Shown in pieces: positions 41,384-54,284 of a DNA stretch of 64,000 bases. The stretch lies in contig NC_086108.1 of NCBI RefSeq assembly GCF_963921235.1, positions 38,442,001-38,506,000 on the forward strand, given 5' to 3'. The translations under genes were made by a program, and so were the position numbers. The DNA is from Mobula hypostoma. Its lineage: Eukaryota. Within the stretch, counting starts at the first letter, position 1; each line of letters begins with the position of its first letter. The notes below the pieces were generated by a model, which was given only the letters and a program-made list of their open reading frames with translations, was not told where the DNA came from and ran no database searches.

Positions 41384-41795
41384 TGTCACAAGGACGTTGC
41401 GGTGGAACAAACTCAAGTGCCGAACATGGGTGCGAGGCAGAGTCGGGAGGTGTTACGGTCGTAGCGAGCATGGAATTGGTGTCCAAGAGAATCTTTACCA
41501 GGAGTCTTGGTTTTAGTAGCAAATTCAGGAATGATGCTAGACTTAGAACTGATAGTCCTAAGAAGCATAGAACGAGGTTACTCATACACACGTCGACCAA
41601 TGAACTGGCAGCTCCTTGTTGCAATCACAGGGCCTTTATCCTGCAGTTTCTGATGGGAAGCATCACTAGTTCCACTAACAACACACACGGTGTAGTTAGT
41701 GGAACCTGGGAATGATTGGAAATTAAATGAGGTGATTGAGGCCCAATTCCTGCAGTAAATAGCAAGGTGGGGCATTGCCAGAAGGGACCATGACA
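41384..41795 (-). repeat. 3' LTR of sushi-type element
   Basis: Direct repeat of 46040-46430, preceded on the sense strand by a polypurine tract. Confidence 0.9.
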
Positions 41796-42128
41796 GTATC
41801 CCCCCCGCCCCCAGCGGGAGCTTCCAGGCAATCCTCCAGGCCTGTCTGGATGGTCCCGATGAAAGTCCTGGATGAGGGAAGGGTCTAGGATGAAGGAGCG
41901 GGGGACCCAGGAACGCTCTTCTGGACTGTATCCTTCCCAGTCCACCAGGTATTGGAAACCCCTGCCCCGACGGCGCACATCTAGTAGTCGTCGGACGGAG
42001 TATGCCAGATGGTTGTCGATGATACGGGCAGGTGGGGGAGTCTCAGCTGGGGGACACAAGGGGCTGACGGAAACTAGCTTTAACTGAGACATGAAAAGTT
42101 GGGTGGATACGCATGGATCTAGGCAGCT

Positions 42129-43385
42129 TTAGGCAGACTGCTGCCTAAACCTCAAATGGTCCCAGGAAGCAAGGGGCGAGTTTTCTATGTTCGTTCTTGA
42201 GCGGAATGTCCTTGGAGGAAAGCCACACCATCTGCTTAGGTTGCTACTCCTCAGTAGGGCCATGCGTGTCTCCTCCCAAATCTTAAGGCAACGATCAATA
42301 TGGTCCTGAACCGACGGTACCGCAATCTCCTCTTCTTGCACGGGGAACAGTGGGGGTTGGTACCTAAGGGAGCACTCGAACGGAGACCTTCCAATGGCAG
42401 AGCTCACCAGAGAGTTGTGGACATACTCAATCCATGAGAGGTGGTCGCTCCAGGTCAATGGGTTGTTTGCTGTTACACAACGGAGCGTCGCCTCCAGGTC
42501 TTCGTTGACCTGCTCCGTCTGCCCGTTCGTCTGGGGGTGGAAGCCGGATGACAGGCTGACCGATGCGCCTAAGGCTTGACAGAAAGCCTTCCATACTTGC
42601 AAGACGAACTGGGGACCTCGATCGGAGACGATGTCCGCGAGGATTCCGTGGAGGTGGAAGATGTGGCGGACGAGAAGATCTGTGGTTTCCTGAGAGGAAG
42701 GAGGTTTAGGGAGGGCCACAAAGTGCACCACCTTGGAGAATTGGTCCACCATGGTGAGGACAGTGGTGTTTCTGCGGGAAGGGGGTAGACCAGTGACAAA
42801 GTCTAGGGCGATGTGTGAGCAGGGACGACCAGGGACAGGTAGAGGACAAAGCAGACCTGCAGGTGGTCGATGAGAGACCTTTCCCCGGGCACAGGTGGAA
42901 CAAGCTGAGACACAAGGATGGGTGTCCCCCTCCATGGACGGCCACCAAAAGTGCTTCCTCAGGAGAGCCAGGGTCTGATCACTCTCGGGGTGGCAGGCGA
43001 ACCGGGATGTGTGCCCCCATTGGAGAACCTGGGACCTGACGGAGACGGGCACGTACAGACGATCGCAGGGTCCATTGCCCGGGTCAGGGTCGTCCCGCTG
43101 GGCTTCCTTTACTTTAGACTCCATTTCCCAAGTGAGGGTGGCAACCACGCAGGATAGTGGGAGGATAGTCTCGGGACTGGAGGTGTCATCCTTGGAGTCA
43201 TGCTGGCGGGATAGCGCATCCAACTTCCTGTTCTTGGATCCCAGATGGTACGTGAGGGTAAGCTTGAACCATCCAAAAAACAATACCCAACGGGCCTGGC
43301 GGGAGTTCAATCGTTTGGCAGTCTGAATATACCCCAGGTTCTTATGATCAGTCCACACCACAAATGGGTGTCCTGCCCCCTCCAA
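42129..43385 (-). pseudogene. Gypsy pol fragment: RNase H end plus integrase
   Basis: WTDHKNL, HHCC (H..HP..CSTC), [23 protein letters not shown]; frameshifted before the chromodomain. Confidence 0.9.
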
Positions 43386-46039
43386 CCAGTGCCTCTATTC
43401 TTCCAGAGCTAATTTGACCGCCAATAGTTCCGGATTCCCCACGTCGTAATTCCGCTCGGCGGGGGACAGTCAGCGAGAGTAGAAGGTGCAGGGGTGAAGC
43501 TTTTTGTCCCAACTTGACCGTTGGGATAGGACCGCTACTACTCCAGAGTCAGAGGCGTCCACCTCAACAATGAATTGACAGGATGGGTCCGGAGGGCCAG
43601 AATGGGAGCGGTGGTGAAACGCCTCTTCAGGTTGATGAGTGCTGAGTCCGCTTCGGAGTCCCAACAAAATGGTCTGGTAGACGAGGTAAGCTGGGTAAGG
43701 GGGCTGCCACTCGACTGTAGTCTCTGATGAATCTACGATGGAAGTTTGCAAACTCCAGGAATCGTTGAAGTTGTTTGCATGTCGTGGGTCTAGGCCATTC
43801 TTCCACTGCCTGGTTCTTCTCGGGGTCTGCTTTTACCTATCCGCTTTCAATGATATAGCCTAGGAAGCTGACCGAAGGAATGTGGAACTCACATTTCTCC
43901 GCCTTTGCAAATAATTGGTTTTCCCACAGTCTCTGGAGGACTTGACAGATATGGTGTACGTGTTCTTGGGGGCTGCTAGATATCATCAAGGTAAACAAAT
44001 ACGAACCAATTGATAAAGTCCCTCAGTACGTCATTGATCAGGGTTTGGAAAACGGCGGGGGCAAATATTCAAAGTGGCCCAGAGGTGTATTGAAGGCCAT
44101 CTTCCATTCGTCCCCCTCCCTCATCCTAACTAAATGGTAGGCGTTGCAAAGGTCCAGCTTTGAGAAGATGGTAGCTCCATGCAGTGGTTCAAATGCCGGA
44201 CTAATGAGGGGAAGAGGGTAATGGTTCTTACCTGTTATATTATTTAGGCCTCGGTAGTCCACATAGGGGGTGAAGCGTTCCATCCTTCTTTTCTACAAAA
44301 AAGAAACTGGCGCCTACCGGGGAGGATGAAGGCCTGATAATGCCCGCCGTGAGGGACTCGCTAATGTATTTCTCCATTGCCTCTCTCTCCGATCGGGATA
44401 GGTTAAAAAGGTGACTGGTGGGTAGCGGGGCCCCGGGGAGAAGGTCGATGGCACAATAATATGGGAGGTGCAGAGGCTGGGAAAGGACCCGTTGTTTACT
44501 GAACACCTGTCCCAAGTCATGGTGCTCTGTGGGGACGCGGGACAAGTTGAGGGGTTCCAAAACAGGCGGGGTCACGATGGCTTCTCTGGGAGATGGGGCT
44601 GACCGCAGACAGTTGGCATGGCAAGACGGACTCCATTCGGCTATCCTCCCTGTAGACCAGTCGATATGGGGATTGTGTTGGGTCAGCCATAGATACCCTA
44701 GAACTACCGGGGTTTGAGGTGAATGAATGAGACTGAATCATACCTCCTCCTGATGGTTGCCAGATAGGATCAAGGGGCGGCGTACAGTGGGTCACCCGAG
44801 CCAACAGTCTTCCGTCCAGGGCCCGGGCCTCCAGGGGGGTGGTTAGCGGCTCGCGAGGTATTCCAGCCTGGATGGCTATCTCTTCGTCTAGCAGATTGCC
44901 CTCAGCACCGGAATCCGCCAAAGTGGATGGGGACAGGGACTGTTGTTGGTAATTCATGGTTGCCGGGATCTACATCCAAGTCTGGGGTGGTGAAGGGACT
45001 ATCATTCGGCTCACCACAGCTCCCTTTCTCACTGGTGAGCCCTCCATTTTGGCCGCTGAGGGCAGGTATCCTGGCTGGCCACAACAGTAGCAATCCCTAG
45101 CTCTCCAGCTCCGAATTCGTTCAGCCGGGGGGAGACGGTTCCATCCCAGCTGCATCGGTTCCTCCCACAGGGGGGTGGGGACGGTTGGAGCAGGAGCCAC
45201 ACTGGGAGCGGCTAGGGAAGGGGGACTGGCTGAGACTGGTAAGGTGGACTGAGGGCTTCCTCGAGGAGCGGAGCGACTGGTTCTCTCTCTCTGACGCTCC
45301 TGAAGTCGATAATCTAATCGAATGGCTCGCGAGATCAGAGAGTCCAGACAGTCCATGTCGTCCCTCGCGGCCAACTCATCCTTTGTCTTGTCTGAGAGGC
45401 CCTGTCGAAACACCTCCCGTAGGGCCTCGTCATTCCACCCGGAGTCTGCGGCTAAGGTCCGGAACTCAATTGAATACCAGAGTAAGCAACCATTTCACAG
45501 CGTCCTTACCACAAATGGATTGTTCGAAGACTTTCCTCATTTCAGCGGCAAAGGAGAAGTAGGAGGAACAAACCTCTGGTCGGTTATCCCATATCGCAGT
45601 TGCCCGAGCCAAGGCATCCCCTCCTAGCAGCCCCATGATGTACGCAATCTTTGACTTATCTGAAGTGTAGGTACATGGCTGCAGCTCAAAGACTCGGGAG
45701 CATTGTAACAGGAAGGCCCAGTACCTACCTAGGTCCCCGGCGTAGGGTTCAGGCTCGGGTACATACAGCTCTCAAGGGGGTGGTGTTGCTGATTCCAGGG
45801 GCGAGGCTATCCCGAGCGATGCGGTTTGGATAGCTGGGGTTCCAGGAGGGGATGGAGAAAAGGAAGCGGAGACCCAGTCCACTTGTTCACTGACCTTCTG
45901 CACATTCGTGGATAGTGTCCAAAGTTTTTCTGTGATCTCCCAAAGTAGTGAGTTGTTGGCCCCCAACAGGTAGCCCTGGCTGGCCAGGGCCTGTTGTACG
46001 GGATCCGTGTCTGCTGGGTTCATCGTGGCCAGTTCGTTC

Positions 46040-46430
46040 TGTTACAAGGACGTGGCAGTGGAACGAAACCAAGTGCTGAACAGGGGCACGGAGACCGAGT
46101 CTGGAGGCATTACAGTCATAGCAAGCGTGGAATTGGTGTCCAAGAGAGTCTTTACCAGGAGTCTTGGTTTTAGTAGCGAATTCAGGAACAATGCTAGACT
46201 TAGAACTGATAGTCCTAAGAGCCATGGAACGAAGTTACTCATACGCGAGTCGACCAACAAACTGGCAGCTCCTTGTTGCGATCACAGGGTCTTTATTCTA
46301 CAGTTTCTGATGGGAAGCAGGTGTGTGTAGTTAGTGGAACCTGGGAATGATTGGAAATTAAATGAGGTGATTGAGGCCCAATTCCTGTGGTAAATAGCAA
46401 GGTGGTTGATTGCCAGAAGGGACCATGACA
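46040..46430 (-). repeat. 5' LTR of sushi-type element
   Basis: Direct repeat of 41384-41795; gag ATG 17 nt downstream at 46023. Confidence 0.9.
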
Positions 46431-47694
46431 CATACATATCTCCTCGAGATTAATTCTTTCTATACGTTCACAATTCACAAGAAGCATCTGTTATTTGAAA
46501 TGCCATTTGTCTTAAATATCAGTGACTGCAAAGAGAGAAGATCCTGCAAAGCAATTACTTAAGATAGGCAAAGTTATATGAAAAAAAAACTGTATCAGAA
46601 ACTGGTATAACACACCTAGTTATATACTTACATCACATTTTGAAGAAGTTTCAAGATCCTTAAGCACGCAAATCAGAAGTTCACCTATCTTGCTAAACCC
46701 TAGGTATACCCTATATGTTTCTATACCCTAGGTCATTTCTAAAGTAAGTGCACAGTTCAACTCAGCATTGTGGGCCGAAGTGCCTGTATTGTGCTGTAGG
46801 TTTTCTATGTTTCTTGCAGACCCACTGAAAAAGACGGATTAACGACAATCATAATCTTTGTTATTTATATAGTAAATACTTATGTAGTACATAGTAGTAT
46901 TTACAGGGTTGGTAGATGCTTTCGGTGTAGTTTGAGTGAGAAAACTACAGTAAACTTTGTTGGTTACACACACAGCAACCAAGGTGTGAAAGAGACGAGG
47001 AGAATTAATACCAATCAAGTGGGCTGCTGTATCCTGGGTGAGACTGAGCTGCTTAAGAGCTGTTGGAGATGCACTCTTCTAAGAAAGTAAAGAATATTCC
47101 AAGAGTTTTACCTTCTTGGTGATGGAAAGGCTTTGGGATTGCAAGGTCATTCTTGACATGAAGAGATACTAAAGCATAGTGTGTAGGGTTTTAACTTTGT
47201 AAACCTTATAAGGGATCTTAAAATCGGTTACATTTCAGATCCTAACATTTAACACTTTTTAACTGGAAGTAAAACCAGATTTAAAGTAGTTCTAGAAAAT
47301 ATTTCATTTTCTTTTGAATAGAAGTACTGACATCTTGTGGTTATTATGGTACATCATCTTGTGCAGAAAATTCTTTTACCTGCTTAGCAAAAACCATTGC
47401 TCATTCTTTGAGACAATTTATACAGTTCTATTTATGAGTCCTAGCAGACCATGGAGGGTCACAATAACAAAGAAAAGTTTAAATGCAAGCACTGAATTTA
47501 TGAAGAGATATTGACTATAAGTAAAAGTTATTTATTTATGTTTTGTTACATTGATTTCAGATGTATTGATTGTTCTTACATACACTCACCACTGTTGACC
47601 TAAAGATGTTCTCTCCTGAACACAGCAGTCTATGAGATTAAGTTCTTATATCATCTGATGAGATTATGAACAGATGGTCTGAGTATATTCAGGA

Positions 47695-48518
47695 ATTGTT
47701 TGAAGACAATTGAGGTGAAAAACCAGAAATTAAGAAAAACTTTGAAGGTCCAAGTATTTTAAAATCTGAAGTTCATAATGCAATAAATAAGATGAAGAAA
47801 GGAAAGGCAGCAGGTCCTGATGAATTAGTAATAGAACAAATTATCTCCCTTAAAGATGATGGAATTGAAATACTTATTGATTTAATCAATGACATTTATG
47901 AGACTGGAATAATGCCAGAAGAGATGAAAAAATCGCAATTATGACTCTTCCAAAGAAACCTGGAGCAATAGAATGTGAATTACATAGGACCATAAGTTTA
48001 TTGAGTCATATCACCAAGATACATCTAAGAATTTTGATGACAAGAGCTAAAAGTAAGATACAAGCTGAAATAGGCAAAGAACAATCTGGTTTTGTGAAAG
48101 ACAAAAGTACAAGAGACGCAATATTGATGTTAAGAATACTATCAGAACGAGCTATTCAAGTGCATAAAGATTTGTTTGTTTGTTTTATCGACTACAAAAA
48201 AGCATTTGATAAAGTGAAGCACAATACATTATTTGAAATATTACAGAAAACTCTAGATCTAGATTCGAAAGACCTCCACCTAATCATAAATCTGTACTGG
48301 GAACAAACTGCTGCTGTAAGAATAGATGGAGAAGTGAGTCTGTTTACGAAAATCAAGAGAGGCATTAGACAAGGGTGTGTTTTCTCCCCTGATTTATTTA
48401 AGGTATACAGTGAAACAATATTACAGAAAACAGGAGACACCTTGGGAATCAAAGTTGGTGGTGAAAACATCGATAACTTTAGATATGCAGATGACACTGT
48501 GTTAATTGCAAGTATGGA
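47695..48518 (+). mobile_element. RTE-clade LINE reverse transcriptase fragment
   Basis: KMKKGKAAGPDE, LPKKPGAIECELHRTISLLSH, FIDYKKAFDKV, GIRQGCVFSPDLF, FRYADDTVLIA. Confidence 0.85.
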
Positions 48519-51292
48519 GGTCTGTCTGGGTGGTAGGTTGGAAAAGGAGCTTGTTTTGCTGTTGTTGTTGTCTTGTTTCATTTTGTTGTTGTTGTTGTTG
48601 CTGCTTGTGTTATTCTGCTGAATATCTTGGGCATGCTATGTTAGCGCTGGAATGTGTGATGTCACTTGTGAGCTACACCCAGCACATCGTTAGGTGTATA
48701 GCTTGTTAACTCAAACAATGCCTTTCACTGTATGTTTTATTGTACATGTAATAAATGAATCTGAATCTGAGTGAAGCCATAATAGTACTCAACTACTTCA
48801 ACTCCAGCCAGGAAAAGCAGCCGGTTTGATCAGGACTCACGCCACAGCAACCAATAAACAAGCCTTGCAACAGAAACTTACTATAACTTCAAAATGTATG
48901 ATTTGCAATGTTCAGTGGAAGAACTTATCAAGTGTACTTCAACAGCAATTCTCTCTCTGAAGTATCAAGGCAGGGATAAAATATCTATGAACGCTACCAT
49001 CTCCAAGCTTCTCCCTGAGTCATTCGCCATTTTTGCATTAGACTGTATAATCTTTGCAGTTTAACATTTATGCCTGCCTGTATCTTATAAAGCTACCTAT
49101 TTACTGTACCTGTACATCTTTAATTTGTTCCCTAGTTATCACGGTGTGTACCGCATAAGCAAATGTTCAGTGTGTCCTCTAGTGAATACAGTTCATTATA
49201 TCATTCTGGATGCTTCTCTGGTGTCACGTTATTTGAATAGGGGCTATCTGATTGGTTATCTCTTATCTACAAATTTGAATAGAATATGTTTCATCTATGG
49301 GCTATAAGAAAAGCAGAGCATGGAGGCTTTCCATCTTTATTCTTGTCCTTCCTTTCTCCTCTGGTCTTAGACTCATGTTATTCCCCATTTCCAATTCTCT
49401 TTGTTCTATTAGTGCTTAATAAAATGTTCGTGAAACAACAAGTTTAAGTCTCTTTCTTGGCTACTGAAAGAACCTTGGCTCAAAAACATCAGAATCCAAC
49501 AATTTGGTTAAATCAGCAAAGATGGTTGCAAAGATTTAAAGACTCAGAACAATCCCAGGTAAAGTGGAAAATTTCAGCACCTAAATTTAAAAGGAGTTAA
49601 AAGCTTCCAAATTGAGGCAATATTAGAACAAATATTAGAAAGCTCTGTGGGGTCTTCAAGGGGGTGGTTCTGCTATTGATGCTTCTTTTGAAACTTCTCC
49701 TTGGGAAACACACCCCCTCCCCTTTCTCCTACCAATGTGTAGGACCATACATTTCCTGTCACTGTATTCCATTTGCCACCCCTTTGACCAAGTCCTTTTG
49801 TAGTCTCTCTACCTCCTCAAATCTAGTTACCCCTCCACCTATCTTCGTATCATCTGAAAACTTTGTGATGAAGCCATTCTGCCATTCGAGTCGTTGACAT
49901 TTAATGTTAAAAGAAGTGGTCCCAACACAGACTCAAGAGGAAAACCAGTAGTCACCGACAGCCAACCAGGAAAGACTCTCTTTATTCCCACTCTTTGCGT
50001 CCTGCCAATTAGCCACTGCTTTATCCTTGCTAGTACTTTTCTTGTAATACCATGGGCTCTTAACTTGTTAAACAGCCTCATGTGTGGCAACTCTTCTGAA
50101 AATCCAAGTACATAAAATTCGCCAATTCTCCTTCATCTATTCTGCTTGTTATTTCTTCAAAGAATTTCAACAGATTTGTCAGGCAAGATTTTCCCTTGAG
50201 GAAACCATGCTGACCACAACTTATTTTATCTGTCTCTCCAAGTACCCCAAAACCACATCCTTAACAATCAACTCCAATACTTTCCCAACCACTGAGGTCA
50301 GACTAACTGCCCTATAATACCCTTTCTCCTGCCTCTCTCCCTTCTTGAAGAGTGGAGTGACATTTGTAATTTTCCAGTCTTCCAGAACCATCCCAGAATC
50401 AGGTATTTCTTGAAAGATCATTGCTAATGCCTCCACAATCTCTTAAGCCACCTCTTTCAGAACCCTGGGGTGTAACCCTTCTGGTCCAGGTGACTTATCT
50501 ACCCTCAGACCTCTCAGTTTCACATGAACCTTCTCCCCAGTAATGGCAACTTCATGCACTTCTGACACCTAACACACTCGAACTTCCAGCATACAGTACT
50601 GCTAGTGTCTTCCACAGTGAAGACTGGTGCAAAATACTTATTTAATTTGTCCCCCATTATTGCCTCTCCAGAATTGTTTTCCAGTGGCCCAATATCCTTT
50701 TAAACTTTATGTATCTGAAGAAATTATTGGTATCCTCTTTAATATTATTGGCTAACTTACATCCGTATTCCATCTTTTCCTTCTTAATTACTTTTTTAGT
50801 TGCCTTCTGATAATTTTTAAAACCTTCCCAATCCTCTAACTTCCCACTAATTTTTGCAATATTATATGCCCTCTCTTTGGCTTTTATATTGGCATTGACT
50901 TCTCTTAGCCACGGATGTGTCATCTTGTCTTTAGAATACTTCTTCCTCTTCAGAGTGTATATATCCTGTGCCTTCCGAATTGCTGTTGGAAATTCAAGCC
51001 ATTGTTGTTTTACTGTCATCTCTGCCAGTGTCCTTTTCCAATCAATTTTAGCCAGCTCCTCTCTCATGCTTCTGTAATTCCCTTTACTCCACTGTAATAC
51101 TGATACATCTGACTTTAGCTCTCATCAAATTTCACAGTGAATTCTATCATATTCTGCTCACTTTCCTCCAAGGGTTATTTTACCTTAAATTCTGTAGTCA
51201 ATTCTGAGTCATTGCACAACACACAACCTAGAATAGCTGATCCCCTAATGGGCTCAACCACAACCTGCTCTAAAAGGTCATCTTGTAAGTAT

Positions 51293-52111
51293 GTAAACAC
51301 GAGGAATTCTGCAGATGCTGGAAATTCAAGCAACACACATCAAATTTGCTGGTGAACGCAGCAGGCCAGGCAGAATCTCTAGGAAGAGGTACAGTCGACG
51401 TTTCGCTCCGAGACCCTTTGTCAGGACTAACTGAAGGAAGAGCTAGTAAAAGATTTGAAAGTGGGAGGAGGAGGGGGAGGGGGAGATCCAAAATGATAGG
51501 AGAAGACAGGAGGGGGAGGGATAGAGCCAAGAGCTGGACAGGTGATTGGCAAAAGGGATATGAGAGGATCATGGGACAGGAGGCCCAGAGAGAAGGAAAA
51601 GGGGGAGGGGGGAAAAACCCAGAGGATGGGCAAGGGGTATAGTCAGAGGGACAGAGGGAGAAAAAGAAGAGAGAACAAAAGAATGTGTGTATATAAATAA
51701 ATAACGGATGGGGTATGAGGGGGAGGTGGGGCATTAGCGGAAGTTAGAGAAGTCAATGTTCATGCCATCAGGTTGGAGGCTACCCAGACAGAAGGTGTTG
51801 TTCCTCCAACCTGAGTTGGTTTACAATAGAGGAGGCCGTGGATAGACATATCAGAAATTCTCCCTGAGTCTCCTGTCCCATGATCCTCTCATATCCCTTT
51901 TGCCAAACACCTGTCCAGCTCTTGGCTCCATCCCTCCCCCTCCTGTCTTCTCCTATCATTTTGGATCTCCCCCTCCCCCTCCCACTTTCAATCTCTTACT
52001 AGCTCTTCCTTCAATTAGTCCTGACGAAGGGTCTCCGCCCGAAACGTCGACTGTACCTCTTCCTAGAGATGCTACCTGGCCTGCTGCGTTCACCAGCAAA
52101 TTTGATGTGTG
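51293..52111. mobile_element. Penelope-like element with ~255-bp inverted pLTR arms
   Basis: 51334-51590 is the near-perfect reverse complement of 51860-52111. The spacer encodes (minus) LEEQHL..LGSLQPDGMNIDFSNFR* (GIY-YIG C-terminus). Flanks catcttgtaagtat / caccttgtaggtat are TSD-like. Confidence 0.85.
52017..52052 (+). ncRNA. Minimal type I hammerhead ribozyme motif in Penelope pLTR
   Basis: AGUC-CUGACGA-A-GGG(UCUCCG)CCC-GAAA-C-GUC-GACU: stem I AGUC/GACU, intact core, stem II GGG/CCC, loopless palindromic stem III (ACGU); predicted cut after 52048. Confidence 0.75.
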
Positions 52112-52566
52112 CACCTTGTAGGTATTCTAGAAATTCCCCTTCTTGGGATTCAGCACCAACCTGATTTTTCCAATCTACCTGTATATTGAAGTCCCTCCTG
52201 TCTACTGTAACATTGCACTTTTGGCATGTATTTTTTATTTCCCATTGTAATTTATAAATCACATCCTCACTACAGATTGGCAGGCTGTATATATGTCCCA
52301 TCAGGGTCTTTTTACCCTTGCAGTTCCTTAGTTCTACCCACAATGACTCAACACCTTCCAACCCTATGTCACCTCTTTCTAATGTTTTGATTTCATTTTT
52401 CACCAACAGAGCCACACCTCTCAAGCTGCCTACCTGCCAGTCCTTTCGATGAAATGTGTATCCTTGGACATTCAGCTCTCAACTATAATCTTCTTTCAGC
52501 CATGATTCAGGATGCCTACAACATCGTACATGCCAATCTATAACTGTGCTACAATACATCTACCTT

Positions 52567-52842
52567 AAACACAAAATAATCTGCAGATGCTGGGGTCAAA
52601 GCAACACTCACAACACTCTGGAGGAACTCAGCAGGTCAGGCAGCATCCGTGGAAATGATGAGTCGACGTTTCGGACCAGAACCCTTCGTCAGGACTGTAG
52701 AGGGAAGGGGCAGAGGGAAGATGTGGCGGAGACAGAGGAACTGGGAATAGGGAATGGCATTTTTGCATGTGGCGGGGTGGAAAGAGGTATATTCGAGGTC
52801 ATTATGAGAGTCAGTAGGCTTGTGGGTTTGACAGTGAGTTTG
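52567..52842 (-). mobile_element. Penelope-like fragment (RT C-terminal piece plus terminus)
   Basis: YTSFHPATCKNAIPYSQFLCLRHI resembles the Penelope post-RT motif; terminus as in 51293-52111. Confidence 0.75.
52661..52696 (-). ncRNA. Minimal hammerhead ribozyme motif
   Basis: Minus strand AGUC-CUGACGA-AGGG(UUCUGG)UCC-GAAA-CGUC-GACU, core intact. Confidence 0.7.
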
Positions 52843-52844
52843 AC

Positions 52845-53837
52845 ATAACATCTCTGCCAGCATCCTGGATCAAAGTCAAGGCTAAGTACCCTGAGATAGC
52901 CACGAAAGCACTGAAAACGTTGCTTCCATTTCCAACCTATCTCTGTGAAGCAGGGTTTTCTGCAATGAATGCAATGAAAACTAAATTGCGGAATAAACTG
53001 GACATAAGGAACTCCCTTCGAGTATCAGTTTCTCCCATCACCCCTCGATGGGACTGTCCTGTTGCAGGGAAACAAGCCCAGGGCTCCCACTGATTCAGTG
53101 ATCTTGGTGTGTTGCAATGATTTTATATGTTCATATGGGGAAAATATGTGCTGTGTGTTTAATATCCAAATGTTGCTTAAAATGTTATGATGCTATTGAC
53201 TTATAAGTGACTTATAATTGACTTATCACTATATTCATGCAAGGAAAATATGCGCTGTGTGCTTAAAATTAAATTTGTTAGATAAACCCTTTTAGAAATG
53301 AAATTGAGTGTATTAGCCACTTATAAGTGACTTATAGTTGACTTATAGTTGATTCCCCACTAAGGTAGAGAATTCCTATGAAACCATTCATGCTGAAATG
53401 GCGTAAAGTGAAGAAGCAATTACCATTAATTTATATGGAAAAAATTTTGAGCGTTCCCAGGCCCAAAAAAAAACCTACCAAATCATACCAAATAACACAA
53501 AACCTAAAATAACACTAACATATAGTAAAAGCAGGAATGATATGATAAATACACAGCCTATATAAAGTAGAAATAATGTATGTACAGTGTAGTTTCACTG
53601 AACAGAAGCTTCAAAAACGATTGGTAGAAAAAAATCGGCACGTACACGCATAGGCACACAGGTGCCCGTGCAAGGCTTCATGGTCATTGTAGTCTTTCTC
53701 GGGGTAAACACAACGTATTTGACTGCTACTTCTGTCCGTTGGCAACCCTCCCCCTCCCCCCCACCGGGTCGGCCCGTCCACAAGAATATTTTCAATAATA
53801 AACCAGTCTGCAGTGCAAAAAAGGTTGGGGACCCCTG
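52845..53837 (+). mobile_element. hAT Charlie-type transposon 3' end (contains a Tigger fragment at ~53355-53595)
   Basis: 52845-53093 translates ITSLPASWIKVKAKYPEIATKALKTLLPFPTYLCEAGFSAM...KQAQGSH* (hAT dimerization domain); TIR GGTTGGGGACCCCTG ends at 53837. Confidence 0.85.
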
Positions 53838-54284
53838 AGATAAAACATGCAAAGCTTCTTCCACCACAGGGTGAGAGTCACTCAGTCCATTCTCAGTATG
53901 CTCCATCTTGGTCACATTTCCTTTTGTTTTTCCAAAGGTCTTTTTTTTATTACCGTATTTTAGTACCACAGTCTTTTTACTTTTACTGTCATATTCAATA
54001 TGTCCTTTTTTCCCACAGCTTCGGCATTCTAAGTCCTTACACCTGTACCTGCAATCATTGTTGCATGCCCAGTTTTGCCACAGTGGTAATACTGATTGCC
54101 AATAGGTATCATATTCTTAAAGTTAATAGAAACTTTATGAATTTTGAAGATGTGCTTAATAGCTGTGCTTTTCTAGCAGCCATCTCCATAAATGGTCTAA
54201 TCTCAATTGCCTTCTGTAATGTTAATCAGTATTCTGTAAATAAACATTATTGATTTGCCTCACTACACAGACTACATTTGAGTC

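Larger units (their letters stand above)
41384..46430 (-). mobile_element. Full-length Ty3/Gypsy chromovirus (sushi/Tf1 group) with two LTRs; ORFs disrupted
   Basis: LTRs 46040-46430 and 41384-41795 (TG...CA); 5-bp TSD CATAG/CATAC; PPT at about 41800-41813. Gag MNPADTD... with CYCCGQPG knuckle, protease ADSGAEGN, RT VDYRGLN..FSKLDL, RNase H VEVDASD, integrase H..HP..C..C / IALDF / IVSDRGPQF, chromodomain YLVDWEGY. Confidence 0.95.
49720..52565 (-). mobile_element. CR1 LINE (endonuclease plus RT remnants), interrupted by a Penelope element
   Basis: GVALLVK...ESLWVELRN (APE endonuclease); EDWKITNVTPLFKKG..YRAVSLTSVVGK; PLESVLGPLLL. Same family as 5581-9760. Confidence 0.9.

Noticed and set aside
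41815..46023. Possible PEG10/RTL1-like host gene
   Set aside because: Has LTRs and a TSD and many frameshifts; it is a decayed retrotransposon.
52845..53093. Possible domesticated ZBED/SCAND-type gene
   Set aside because: Only the C-terminal fragment, followed by a TIR and preceded by another TE.
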